NCBI RefSeq assembly: GCF_009914755.1
Contig: NC_060948.1
Reading direction: 5' to 3' (one strand)
DNA from: the human T2T-CHM13v2.0 reference genome, Homo sapiens
DNA length: 64,000 bases
Shown here: piece after piece, positions 26,279 to 40,494 of the stretch
Layout of the letters: each line of letters starts with the position of its first letter
How positions within the stretch are numbered: position 1 is the stretch's first letter
The notes under the pieces: model-generated
What the model saw: the letters and a program-made list of their open reading frames with translations, nothing else
Told to the model about the DNA's origin: nothing
Databases searched by the model: none
Translations under genes and position numbers: made by a program

Positions 26279-29200
26279 AGGCCTGGAATAAAGTGGAATG
26301 CTACGGTCTTGAATGGAATAAAAATGTATGGAATGGAATGCAATGAAACGGAATCGAATGTCATAGAATGTAATGGAATGCAAAAAAATGGAATCCAAAA
26401 TTATTGACTGGAAAGGCTGGGTGTCGAAAGGAATTGACTCCAATGGAATGGAATCAAATGGAATGGAAGTGAATAGAATCGAACTAAATCGAATGGAATG
26501 GAATTGATAGGAACGGAATGGAAAGGAATGCAATGATTTGGCATGGAATGGAATCGAATGGCATCGAATGGAATGGAATGGAATGCAATGGAATGGAATG
26601 TATTAGAATGTAATGAACTTTAATGGAATGTACTCGAATGGATTCGACTGGAATGGAATGTTCTGGAAGTGAATGGACTCCAATGGAATGGATTCCAAAG
26701 GAATGGAATCGTACGGAATGGAATCTAATGGAATGGAATTAAATGGAAATGAATCAAATTGAATAGCACGGAATTGAATTGAATGGAATCGAATGCAATG
26801 GAATCTAATGAAACGGAAAGGAAAGGAATGGAATGGAATGGAATGGGCTGGAATGGAAAGGAATCGAAACGAATGGAATGGAATCGAACTGAAGAGACTG
26901 GAATGGAATGCACTGGAATGGAAGGGAGTGTAATGGAAGGTTCTCGAAAAAAATGGAATCGAATGGAATGGAATTGAATGGAACGGAATAGAGTCGAATG
27001 GAATTGAATGGAATGGAATGGACTAGAGTGAAATGGAATCGAACCACAAGGAATGGACAGGAATAGAATGGTCTCGAATTGAATGGAATCGTATGGAATG
27101 GCATCAAACGGAATGGAATGGACAGCCACGGAATGGAATGCACTCGAATGCAATGGAGTCGAAACTAATGGACTGGAATAGAATGGACTCGACTGGTACG
27201 GACTCCAATGGAATGGAATCGAATGGAAGGGAATCGAACGGAATGGACTCGAAGGGAAAAGACTGCAATGGAAAGGTCTCGAATGGAATGGAAATTAATG
27301 GAATGGAATGGAATCGAATGAAAAGGAGTCAAAAGGAATGGAATCGAATGGCAAGAAATCGAATGTAATGGAATCGCAAGGAATTGATGTGAACGGAACG
27401 GAATGGAATGGAATCCAAAGGAATGGAATAGAATGGAATGGAATCGAATGGAAAGGACTCGAATGGAAATCACTCGAATAGAATGCAATTTAATAAAATA
27501 GGATCAAATGTAATGGAATGGAATGGAAAGGAATCGAAACGAAAGGAATGGAGACAGATGGAATGGAATGGAACAGAGAGCAATGGTATAGAATGGAATG
27601 GAATCATCTGGAATGGAATTGAATGGAATGGAATAATATGAAATGGAATGGAATGGAATGGAATGGAATGCCCTTGAATTAAATGGACTGGAATGGAATG
27701 GACTCGAACAGAGTGGAATGGAAAGTGTTGAGATAGAATGGAATGGACTCCTTTGGAATGGTGTAGTATGCAATGCAATCGACTGGCAGGGAATCAAAAG
27801 GAATGTAATGGAATGGATTGGACTGGAATGCAATGGACTCGAATAGATTGCAAACGGAATGCAAAGGAATGGAATGGAATAGTATGGAATGGAATGGAAA
27901 GGAATGGAGTGGAATAGACTAGAGTGGAATGGAATGGACTGGAAAGCAATGGACTGGAATGGAACTTTCTTGAATGGACTGGAATCAAACGGAATGGAAT
28001 GCAATGCAATCAAATGGCATGGAATAAAATAGAATGAAAGAGAATCAAATGGAATTGAATCGAATGGAATCGAATGGATTGGAAAGGAATAGAATGGAAT
28101 GGAATGGAATTGACTCAAATGGAATGGACTAGAATGGAATGGATTCGAATGGAAGGCAAAGGAATGGAATCTATTGGAATGGACTGTAATGGAATGGAAT
28201 GGAAGGGATTGGAATGGACTCGAATGGAATGGACTGCAATAGAAAGGATTCGAATGGAATGAAAAAGAATTGAATGGAATAGAACAGAATGGAATCAAAT
28301 CGAATGAAATGGAATGGAATAGAAAGGAATGGAATGAAATGGAATGGAAAGGATTCGAATGGAATGCAATCGAATGGAATGGAATCGAACGGAATGGAAT
28401 AAAATGGAAGAAAACAGGCAAGAAATGGAATCGAAAGGAATGGAGTGTTATGGAACGGACTCAAAAGGAATTGAATGTAATAGAATGGAGTGGAGTGGAC
28501 TCGAATATAATGGACTGGAATGGAATGAAATCACATGGAATGGGAACGAATGGAATGGAATGGAAAGGAATGGAATCGAATGGAAAGGAATCGAATGGAA
28601 GGGAATGAAATTGAATCAACAGGAATGGAAGGGAATAGAATAGACGGTAATGGAATGGACTCGAATAGAATGGACACGAATGCTCAAATTGAATGGACTC
28701 GAATGGAATGGAAACGAAAGGAATGTCATCGAATGGAATTGAATGGATTGGAATGAAATCGCATAGAATGGAGTGGAATCAAATGGAATTGAATCGAAAG
28801 GAAAGGAAGCGAATGGACTGAAATGAAATGGAATGGAATTGAATGGAAAGTAATGCAATGGAATAGAATGGAACGAAATTTCACGGAATGGAATCAAACT
28901 GAATGGAATCAAATCAATGGAATCAAATCAAATGGAATGGAAAGGAATTGAATGGAGTAGATTGGATTGGATGGGATTGGAATGAAATGTACTGGAAAGG
29001 ACTCGAATTTCATGAAACGGAATGGAATGAATTGGAACGGAATGGACTCGAATGGAATGGAATGTCATGGAATGGCATCAAATGGAATGGCATCAAATGG
29101 AATGGAATCGAATGCAATGGAATGCTATGGAATGGAATGGAATGCATTGGAATGGAATGTCCTCTAATGGAATGGATTCGAGTGGAATGGAATCGAATAT

Positions 29201-29842
29201 AATGGAGTCGAATGAAATGGAATTGAAAGGAATGGGATCGAATACAATGGAATATACTGGAATGTAATGTAATGAACTCGAATGTAATTGACTGGAATGG
29301 AATGTACATGAATGGAATGTAATCGAATGGAAAGTAATCCAATGGAATAGAATCTAATGCAATAAAATCGACTCAGATAGAGTAGAATGTAATGGAATGG
29401 AGTGCAGTGCAATGCAATGGAATGGAATGGAATGCAATGGAATGGAATGGAATGGAATGGAATGGAATGGAATGGAATGGGATGGAATGGTATGGAATGG
29501 ATAGTAGTGGACTGGAGTGAAATGGACTGGAAAGGAATGGACTCAAATTGAAAGGGCTCGAAAGGAATGGAGTCAAATGGAATGGTCTGGAATGGAATGA
29601 ACACGAATGTAATGCAATCCAATAGAATGGAATCGAATGGCATGGAATATAAAGAAATGGAATCGAAGAGAATGGAAACAAATAGAATGGAATTGAATGG
29701 AATGGAATTGAATGGAATGGGAACGAATGGAGTGAAATTGTATGCAGTAGAAGGGAATAGAATGGAATGCAAGCGAAAGGAAAGGAATGGATTGGAATGG
29801 AATGGAATTCATTGGAATGGAAGGGAATGTAGTGTAATGGAC
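26279..29842 (+). repeat. DYZ1 unit U8 (3564 bp)
   Basis: AGGCCT 26279 to 29843; canonical length. Confidence 0.9.
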
Positions 29843-32800
29843 AGGCCTGGAATAAAGTGGAATGCTACGGTCTCGAATGGAATAAAAATGTATGGAATGG
29901 AATGCAATGAAACGGAATCGAATGTCATAGAATGTAATGGAATGCAAAAAAATGGAATCCAAAATCATTGACTGGAAAGGCTGGGTGTCGAAAGGAATTG
30001 ACTCCAATGGAATGGAATCGAATGGAGTGGAAGTGAATAGAATCGAACTAAATCGAATGGAATGGAATTGATAGGAACGGAATGGAAAGGAATGCAATGA
30101 TTTGGCACGGAATGGAATCGAATGACATCGAATGGAATGGAATGGAATGCAATGGAATGGAACGTATTAGAATGTAATGAACTTTAATGGAATGTACTCG
30201 AATGGATTCGACTGGAATGGAATGTTATGGAAGTGAATGGACTCCAATGGAATGGATTCAAAAGGAATGGAATCGTACGGAATGGAATCTAATGGAATGG
30301 AATTAAATGGAAATGAATCAAATTGAATAGCACGGAATTGAATTGAATGGAATCGAATGCAATGGAATCTAATGAAACGGAAAGGAAAGGAATGGAATGG
30401 AATGGAATGGGCTGGAATGGAAAGGAATCGAAACGAATGGAATGGAATCGAACTGAAGAGACTGGAATGGAATGCACTGGAATGGAAGGGAGTGTAATGG
30501 AAGTTTCTCGAAAAAAATGGAATCGAATGGAATGGAATTGAATGGAACGGAATAGAGTCGAATGGAATTGAATGGAATGGAATGGACTAGAGTGAAATGG
30601 AATCGAACCACAAGGAATGGACAGGAATAGAATGGTCTCGAATTGAATGGAATCGTATGGAATGGCATCAAACGGAATGGAATGGACAGCCACGGAATGG
30701 AATGCACTCGAATGCAATGGAGTCGAAACTAATGGACTGGAATAGAATGGACTCGACTGGTACGGACTCCAATGGAATGGAATCGAATGGAAGGGAATCG
30801 AACGGAATGGACTCGAAGGGAAAAGACTGCAATGGAAAGGTCTCGAATGGAATGGAAATAAATGGAATGGAATGGAATCGAATGAAATGGAGTCAAAAGG
30901 AATGGAATCGAATGGCAAGAAATCGAATGTAATGGAATCGCAAGGAATTGATGTGAACGGAACGGAATGGAATGGAATCCAAAGGAATGGAATAAAATGG
31001 AATGGAATCGAATGGAAAGGACTCGAATGGAAATCACTCGAATAGAATGCAATTTAATAAAATAGGACCAAATGTAATGGAATGGAATGGAAAGGAATCG
31101 AAACGGAAGGAATGGAGACAGATGGAATGGAATGGAACAGAGAGCAATGGTATAGAATGGAATGGAATCATCTGGAATGGAATGGAATGGAATGGAATGA
31201 AATGCCCTTGAATTAAATGGACTGGAATGGAATGGACTCGAACAGAGTGGAATGGAAAGTGTTGAGATAGAATGGAATGGACTCTTTTGGAATGGTCTAG
31301 TATGCAATGCAATCGACTGGCAGGGAATCAAAAGGAATGTAATCGAATGGATTGGACTGGAATGCAATGGACTTGAATAGATTGCAAACGGGATGCAAAG
31401 TAATGGAATGGAATAGTATGGAATGGAATGGAAAGGAATGGAGTGGAATAGACTAGAGTGGAATGGAATGGACTGGAAAGAAATGGACTGGAATGGAACT
31501 TTCTTGAATGGACTGGAATCAAACGGAATGGAATGCAATGCAATCAAATGGCATGGAATAAAATAGAATGAAAGAGAATCAAATGGAATTGAATCGAATG
31601 GAATCGAATGGATTGGAAAGGAATAGAATGGAATGGAATGGAATTGACTCAAATGGAATGGACTAGAATGGAATGGATTCGAATGGAAGGCAAAGGAATG
31701 GAATCTATTGGAATGGAATGTAATGGAATGGAATGGAAGGGATTGGAATGGACTCGAATGGAATGGACTGCAATAGAAAGGATTCGAATGGAATGAAAAA
31801 GAATTGAATGGAATAAAACAGAATGGAATGAAATCGAATGAAATGGAATGGAATAGAAAGGAATGGAATGAAATGGAATGGAAAGGATTCGAATGGAATG
31901 CAATCGAATGGAATGGAATCGAACGGAATGGAATAAAATGGAAGAAAACTGGCAAGAAATGGAATCGAAATGAATGGAGTGTTATGGAACGGACTCAAAA
32001 GGAATTGAATGTAATAGAATGGAGTGGAGTGGACTCGAATATAATGGACTGGAATGGAATGAAATCACATGGAATGGGAACGAATGGAATGGAATGGAAA
32101 GGAATGGAATCGAATGGAAAGGAATCGAATGGAAGGGAATGAAATTGAATCAACAGGAATGGAAGGGAATAGAATAGACGGTAATGGAATGGACTCGAAT
32201 AGAATGGACACGAATGCTCAAATTGAATGGACTCGAATGGAATGGAAACGAAAGGAATGTCATCGAATGGAATTGAATGGATTGGAATGAAATCGCATAG
32301 AATGGAGTGGAATCAAATGGAATTGAATCGAAAGGAAAGGAAGCGAATGGACTGAAATGAAATGGAATGGAATTGAATGGAAAGTAATGCAATGGAATAG
32401 AATGGAACGAAATTTCACGGAATGGAATCAAACTGAATGGAATCAAATCAATGGAATCAAATCAAATGGAATGGAAAGGAATTGAATGGAGTAGATTGGA
32501 TTGGATGGGATTGGAATGAAATGTACTGGAAAGGACTCGAATTTCATGAAACGGAATGGAATGAATTGGAACGGAATGGACTCGAATGGAATGGAATGTC
32601 ATGGAATGGCATCAAATGGAATGGCATCAAATGGAATGGAATCGAATGCAATGGAATGCTATGGAATGGAATGGAATGCATTGGAATGGAATGTCCCCTA
32701 ATGGAATGGATTCGAGTGGAATGGAATCGAATATAATGGAGTCGAATGAAATGGAATTGAAAGGAATGGGATCGAATAGAATGGAATATACTGGAATGTA

Positions 32801-33391
32801 ATGTAATGAACTCGAATGTAATTGACTGGAATGGAATGTACATGAATGGAATGTAATCGAATGGAAAGTAATCCAATGGAATAGAATCTAATGCAATAAA
32901 ACCGACTCAGATAGAGTAGAATGTAATGGAATGGAGTGCAGTGCAATGGAAGGGAATGGAATTGAATGCAATGGAATGGAATGGAATGGAATGGAATGGA
33001 ATGGAATGGAATGGAATGGAATGGAATGGGATGGAATGGTATGGAATGGATAGTAATGGACTGGAGTGAAATGGACTGGAAAGGAATGGACTCAAATTGA
33101 AAGGGCTCGAAAGGAATGGAGTCAAATGGAATGGTCTGGAATGGAATGAACACGAATGTAATGCAATCCAATAGAATGGAATCGAATGGCATGGAATATA
33201 AAGAAATGGAATCGAAGAGAATGGAAACAAATGGAATGGAATTGAATGGAATGGAATTGAATGGAATGGGAACGAATGGAGTGAAATTGTATGCAGTAGA
33301 AGGGAATAGAATGGAATGCAAGCGAAAGGAAAGGAATGGATTGGAATGGAATGGAATTCATTGGAATGGAAGGGAATGTAGTGTAATGGAC
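29843..33391 (+). repeat. DYZ1 unit U9 (3549 bp)
   Basis: AGGCCT 29843 to 33392; 30 bp deletion near 31175-31205, +15 tract. Confidence 0.9.
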
Positions 33392-36300
33392 AGGCCTGGA
33401 ATAAAGTGGAATGCTACGGTCTCGAATGGAATAAAAATGTATGGAATGGAATGCAATGAAACGGAATCGAATGTCATAGAATGTAATGGAATGCAAAAAA
33501 ATGGAATCCAAAATCATTGACTGGAAAGGCTGGGTGTCGAAAGGAATTGACTCCAATGGAATGGAATCGAATGGAATGGAAGTGAATAGAATCGAACTAA
33601 ATCGAATGGAATGGAATTGATAGGAACGGAATGGAAAGGAATGCAATGATTTGGCATGGAATGGAATCGAATGGCATCGAATGGAATGGAATGGAATGCA
33701 ATGGAATGGAATGTATTAGAATGTAATGAACTTTAATGGAATGTACTCGAATGGATTCGACTGGAATGGAATGTTCTGGAAGTGAATGGACTCCAATGGA
33801 ATGGATTCCAAAGGAATGGAATCGTACGGAATGGAATCTAATGGAATGGAATTAAATGGAAATGAATCAAATTGAATAGCACGGAATTGAATTGAATGGA
33901 ATGGAATGCAATGGAATCTAATGAAACGGAAAGGAAAGGAATGGAATGGAATGGAATGGACTGGAATGGAAAGGAATCGAAACGAATGGAATGGAATCGA
34001 ACTGAAGAGACTGGAATGGAATGCACTGGAATGGAAGGGAGTGTAATGGAAGGTTCTCGAAAAAAATGGAATCGAATGGAATGGAATTGAATGGAACGGA
34101 ATAGAGTCGAATGGAATTGAATGGAATGGAATGGACTAGAGTGAAATGGAATCGAACCACAAGGAATGGACATGAATAGAATGGTCTCGAATTGAATGGA
34201 ATCGTATGGAATGGCATCAAACGGAATGGAATGGACAGCCACGGAATGGAATGCACTCGAATGCAATGGAGTCGAAACTAATGGACTGGAATAGAATGGA
34301 CTCGACTGGTACGGACTCCAATGGAATGGAATCGAATGGAAGGGAATCGAACGGAATGGACTCGAAGGGAAATGACTGCAATGGAAAGGTCTCGAATGGA
34401 ATGGAAATTAATGGAATGGAATGGAATCGAATGAAATGGAGTCAAAAGGAATGGAATCGAATGGCAAGAAATCGAATGTAATGGAATCACAAGGAATTGA
34501 TGTGAACGGAACGGAATGGAATGGAATCCAAAGGAATGGAATAGAATGGAATGGAATCGAATGGAAAGGACTCGAATGGAAATCACTCGAATAGAATGCA
34601 ATTTAATAAAATAGGATCAAATGTAATGGAATGGAATGGAAAGGAATCGAAACGAAAGGAATGGAGACAGATGGAATGGAATGGAACAGAGAGCAATGGT
34701 ATAGAATGGAATGGAATCATCTGGAATGGAATTGAATGGAATGGAATAATATGAAATGGAATGGAATGGAATGGAATGGAATGCCCTTGAATTAAATGGA
34801 CTGGAATGGAATGGACTCGAACAGAGTGGAATGGAAAGTGTTGAGATAGAATGGAATGGACTCCTTTGGAATGGTGTAGTATGCAATGCAATCGACTGGC
34901 ACGGAATCAAAAGGAATGTAATGGAATGGATTGGACTGGAATGCAATGGACTCGAATAGATTGCAAACGGAATGCAAAGGAATGGAATGGAATAGTATGG
35001 AATGGAATGGAAAGGAATGGAGTGGAATAGACTAGAGTGGAATGGAATGGACTGGAAAGCAATGGACTGGAATGGAACTTTATTGAATGGACTGGAATCA
35101 AACGGAATGGAATGCAATGCAATCAAATGGCATGGAATAAAATAGAATGAAAGAGAATCAAATGGAATTGAATCGAATGGAATCGAATGGATTGGAAAGG
35201 AATAGAATGGAATGGAATGGAATTGACTCAAATGGAATGGACTAGAATGGAATGGATTCGAATGGAAGGCAAAGGAATGGAATCTATTGGAATGGACTGT
35301 AATGGAATGGAATGGAAGGGATTGGAATGGACTCGAATGGAATGGACTGCAATAGAAAGGATTCGAATGGAATGAAAAAGAATTGAATGGAATAGAACAG
35401 AATGGAATCAAATCGAATGAAATGGAATGGAATAGAAAGGAATGGAATGAAATGGAATGGAAAGGATTCGAATGGAATGCAATCGAATGGACTGGAATCG
35501 AACGGAATGGAATAAAATGGAAGAAAACTGGCAAGAAATGGAATCGAAATGAATGGAGTGTTATGGAACGGACTCAAAAGGAATTGAATGTAATAGAATG
35601 GAGTGGAGTGGACTCGAATATAATGGACTGGAATGGAATGAAATCACATGGAATGGGAACGAATGGAATGGAATGGAAAGGAATGGAATCGAATGGAAAG
35701 GAATCGAATGGAAGGGAATGAAATTGAATCAACAGGAATGGAAGGGAATAGAATAGACGGTAATGGAATGGACTCGAATAGAATGGACACGAATGCTCAA
35801 ATTGAATGGACTCGAATGGAATGGAAACGAAAGGAATGTCATCGAATGGAATTGAATCGATTGGAATGAAATCGCATAGAATGGAGTGGAATCAAATGGA
35901 ATTGAATCGAAAGGAAAGGAAGCGAATGGACTGAAATGAAATGGAATGGAATTGAATGGAAAGTAATGCAATGGAATAGAATGGAACGAAATTTCACGGA
36001 ATGGAATCAAACTGAATGGAATCAAATCAATGGAATCAAATCAAATGGAATGGAAAGGAATTGAATGGAGTAGATTGGATTGGATGGGATTGGAATGAAA
36101 TGTACTGGAAAGGACTCGAATTTCATGAAACGGAATGGAATGAATTGGAACGGAATGGACTCGAATGGAATGGAATGTCATGGAATGGCATCAAATGGAA
36201 TGGCATCAAATGGAATGGAATCGAATGCAATGGAATGCTATGGAATGGAATGGAATGCATTGGAATGGAATGTCCTCTAATGGAATGGATTCGAGTGGAA

Positions 36301-36955
36301 TGGAATCGAATATAATGGAGTCGAATGAAATGGAATTGAAAGGAATGGGATCGAATACAATGGAATATACTGGAATGTAATGTAATGAACTCGAATGTAA
36401 TTGACTGGAATGGAATGTACATGAATGGAATGTAATCGAATGGAAAGTAATCCAATGGAATAGAATCTAATGCAATAAAATCGACTCAGATAGAGTAGAA
36501 TGTAATGGAATGGAGTGCAGTGCAATGCAATGGAATGGAATGGAATGCAATGGAATGGAATGGAATGGAATGGAATGGAATGGAATGGAATGGGATGGAA
36601 TGGTATGGAATGGATAGTAGTGGACTGGAGTGAAATGGACTGGAAAGGAATGGACTCAAATTGAAAGGGCTCGAAAGGAATGGAGTCAAATGGAATGGTC
36701 TGGAATGGAATGAACACGAATGTAATGCAATCCAATAGAATGGAATCGAATGGCATGGAATATAAAGAAATGGAATCGAAGAGAATGGAAACAAATGGAA
36801 TGGAATTGAATGGAATGGAATTGAATGGAATGGGAACGAATGGAGTGAAATTGTATGCAGTAGAAGGGAATAGAATGGAATGCAAGCGAAAGGAAAGGAA
36901 TGGATTGGAATGGAATGGAATTCATTGGACTGGAAGGGAATGTAGTGTAATGGAC
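33392..36955 (+). repeat. DYZ1 unit U10 (3564 bp)
   Basis: AGGCCT 33392 to 36956. Confidence 0.9.
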
Positions 36956-39900
36956 AGGCCTGGAATAAAGTGGAATGCTACGGTCTCGAATGGAATAAAA
37001 ATGTATGGAATGGAATGCAATGAAACGGAATCGAATGTCATAGAATGTAATGGAATGCAAAAAAATGGAATCCAAAATCATTGACTGGAAAGGCTGGGTG
37101 TCGAAAGGAATTGACTCCAATGGAATGGAATCGAATGGAGTGGAAGTGAATAGAATCGAACTAAATCGAATGGAATGGAATTGATAGGAACGGAATGGAA
37201 AGGAATGCAATGATTTGGCACGGAATGGAATCGAATGACATCGAATGGAATGGAATGGAATGCAATGGAATGGAACGTATTAGAATGTAATGAACTTTAA
37301 TGGAATGTACTCGAATGGATTCGACTGGAATGGAATGTTATGGAAGTGAATGGACTCCAATGGAATGGATTCAAAAGGAATGGAATCGTACGGAATGGAA
37401 TCTAATGGAATGGAATTAAATGGAAATGAATCAAATTGAATAGCACGGAATTGAATTGAATGGAATGGAATGCAATGGAATCTAATGAAACGGAAAGGAA
37501 AGGAATGGAATGGAATGGAATGGGCTGGAATGGAAAGGAATCGAAACGAATGGAATGGAATCGAACTGAAGAGACTGGAATGGAATGCACTGGAATGGAA
37601 GGGAGTGTAATGGAAGTTTCTCGAAAAAAATGGAATCGAATGGAATGGAATTGAATGGAACGGAATAGAGTCGAATGGAATTGAATGGAATGGAATGGAC
37701 TAGAGTGAAATGGAATCGAACCACAAGGAATGGACTGGAATAGAATGGTCTCGAATTGAATGGAATCGTATGGAATGGCATCAAACGGAATGGAATGGAC
37801 AGCCACGGAATGGAATGCACTCGAATGCAATGGAGTCGAAACTAATGGACTGGAATAGAATGGACTCGACTGGTACGGACTCCAATGGAATGGAATCGAA
37901 TGGAAGGGAATCGAACGGAATGGACTCGAAGGGAAAAGACTGCAATGGAAAGGTCTCGAATGGAATGGAAATAAATGGAATGGAATGGAATCGAATGAAA
38001 TGGAGTCAAAAGGAATGGAATCGAATGGCAAGAAATCGAATGTAATGGAATCGCAAGGAATTGATGTGAACGGAACGGAATGGAATGGAATCCAAAGGAA
38101 TGGAATAAAATGGAATGGAATCGAATGGAAAGGACTCGAATGGAAATCACTCGAATAGAATGCAATTTAATAAAATAGGACCAAATGTAATGGAATGGAA
38201 TGGAAAGGAATCGAAACGGAAGGAATGGAGACAGATGGAATGGAATGGAACAGAGAGCAATGGTATAGAATGGAATGGAATCATCTGGAATGGAATGGAA
38301 TGGAATGGAATGAAATGCCCTTGAATTAAATGGACTGGAATGGAATGGACTCGAACAGAGTGGAATGGAAAGTGTTGAGATAGAATGGAATGGACTCTTT
38401 TGGAATGGTCTAGTATGCAATGCAATCGACTGGCAGGGAATCAAAAGGAATGTAATCGAATGGATTGGACTGGAATGCAATGGACTGGAATAGATTGCAA
38501 ACGGGATGCAAAGGAATGGAATGGAATAGTATGGAATGGAATGGAAAGGAATGGAGTGGAATAGACTAGAGTGGAATGGAATGGACTGGAAAGAAATGGA
38601 CTGGAATGGAACTTTCTTGAATGGACTGGAATCAAACGGAATGGAATGCAATGCAATCAAATGGCATGGAATAAAATAGAATGAAAGAGAATCAAATGGA
38701 ATTGAATCGAATGGAATCGAATGGATTGGAAAGGAATAGAATGGAATGGAATGGAATTGACTCAAATGGAATGGACTAGAATGGAATGGATTCGAATGGA
38801 AGGCAAAGGAATGGAATCTATTGGAATGGAATGTAATGGAATGGAATGGAAGGGATTGGAATGGACTCGAATGGAATGGACTGCAATAGAAAGGATTCGA
38901 ATGGAATGAAAAAGAATTGAATGGAATAAAACAGAATGGAATGAAATCGAATGAAATGGAATGGAATAGAAAGGAATGGAATGAAATGGAATGGAAAGGA
39001 TTCGAATGGAATGCAATCGAATGGAATGGAATCGAACGGAATGGAATAAAATGGAAGAAAACTGGCAAGAAATGGAATCGAAATGAATGGAGTGTTATGG
39101 AACGGACTCAAAAGGAATTGAATGTAATAGAATGGAGTGGAGTGGACTCGAATATAATGGACTGGAATGGAATGAAATCACATGGAATGGGAACGAATGG
39201 AATGGAATGGAAAGGAATGGAATCGAATGGAAAGGAATCGAATGGAAGGGAATGAAATTGAATCAACAGGAATGGAAGGGAATAGAATAGACGGTAATGG
39301 AATGGACTCGAATAGAATGGACACGAATGCTCAAATTGAATGGACTCGAATGGAATGGAAACGAAAGGAATGTCATCGAATGGAATTGAATGGATTGGAA
39401 TGAAATCGCATAGAATGGAGTGGAATCAAATGGAATTGAATCGAAAGGAAAGGAAGCGAATGGACTGAAATGAAATGGAATGGAATTGAATGGAAAGTAA
39501 TGCAATGGAATAGAATGGAACGAAATTTCACGGAATGGAATCAAACTGAATGGAATCAAATCAATGGAATCAAATCAAATGGAATGGAAAGGAATTGAAT
39601 GGAGTAGATTGGATTGGATGGGATTGGAATGAAATGTACTGGAAAGGACTCGAATTTCATGAAACGGAATGGAATGAATTGGAACGGAATGGACTCGAAT
39701 GGAATGGAATGTCATGGAATGGCATCAAATGGAATGGCATCAAATGGAATGGAATCGAATGCAATGGAATGCTATGGAATGGAATGGAATGCATTGGAAT
39801 GGAATGTCCCCTAATGGAATGGATTCGAGTGGAATGGAATCGAATATAATGGAGTCGAATGAAATGGAATTGAAAGGAATGGGATCGAATAGAATGGAAT

Positions 39901-40494
39901 ATACTGGAATGTAATGTAATGAACTCGAATGTAATTGACTGGAATGGAATGTACATGAATGGAATGTAATCGAATGGAAAGTAATCCAATGGAATAGAAT
40001 CTAATGCAATAAAACCGACTCAGATAGAGTAGAATGTAATGGAATGGAGTGCAGTGCAATGGAAGGGAATGGAATTGAATGCAATGGAATGGAATGGAAT
40101 GGAATGGAATGGAATGGAATGGAATGGAATGGGATGGAATGGTATGGAATGGATAGTAATGGACTGGAGTGAAATGGACTGGAAAGGAATGGACTCAAAT
40201 TGAAAGGGCTCGAAAGGAATGGAGTCAAATGGAATGGTCTGGAATGGAATGAACACGAATGTAATGCAATCCAATAGAATGGAATCGAATGGCATGGAAT
40301 ATAAAGAAATGGAATCGAAGAGAATGGAAACAAATGGAATGGAATTGAATGGAATGGAATTGAATGGAATGGGAACGAATGGAGTGAAATTGTATGCAGT
40401 AGAAGGGAATAGAATGGAATGCAAGCGAAAGGAAAGGAATGGATTGGAATGGAATGGAATTCATTGGAATGGAAGGGAATGTAGTGTAATGGAC
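36956..40494 (+). repeat. DYZ1 unit U11 (3539 bp), near-copy of U9
   Basis: AGGCCT 36956 to 40495; shares the 30 bp deletion and many private substitutions with U9. Confidence 0.9.

Noticed and set aside
30729-31955. 408 aa minus-strand ORF (and its copy at 37842-39068)
   Set aside because: Low-complexity HSIPF repeat whose length is a by-product of local indels and substitutions in the duplicated unit
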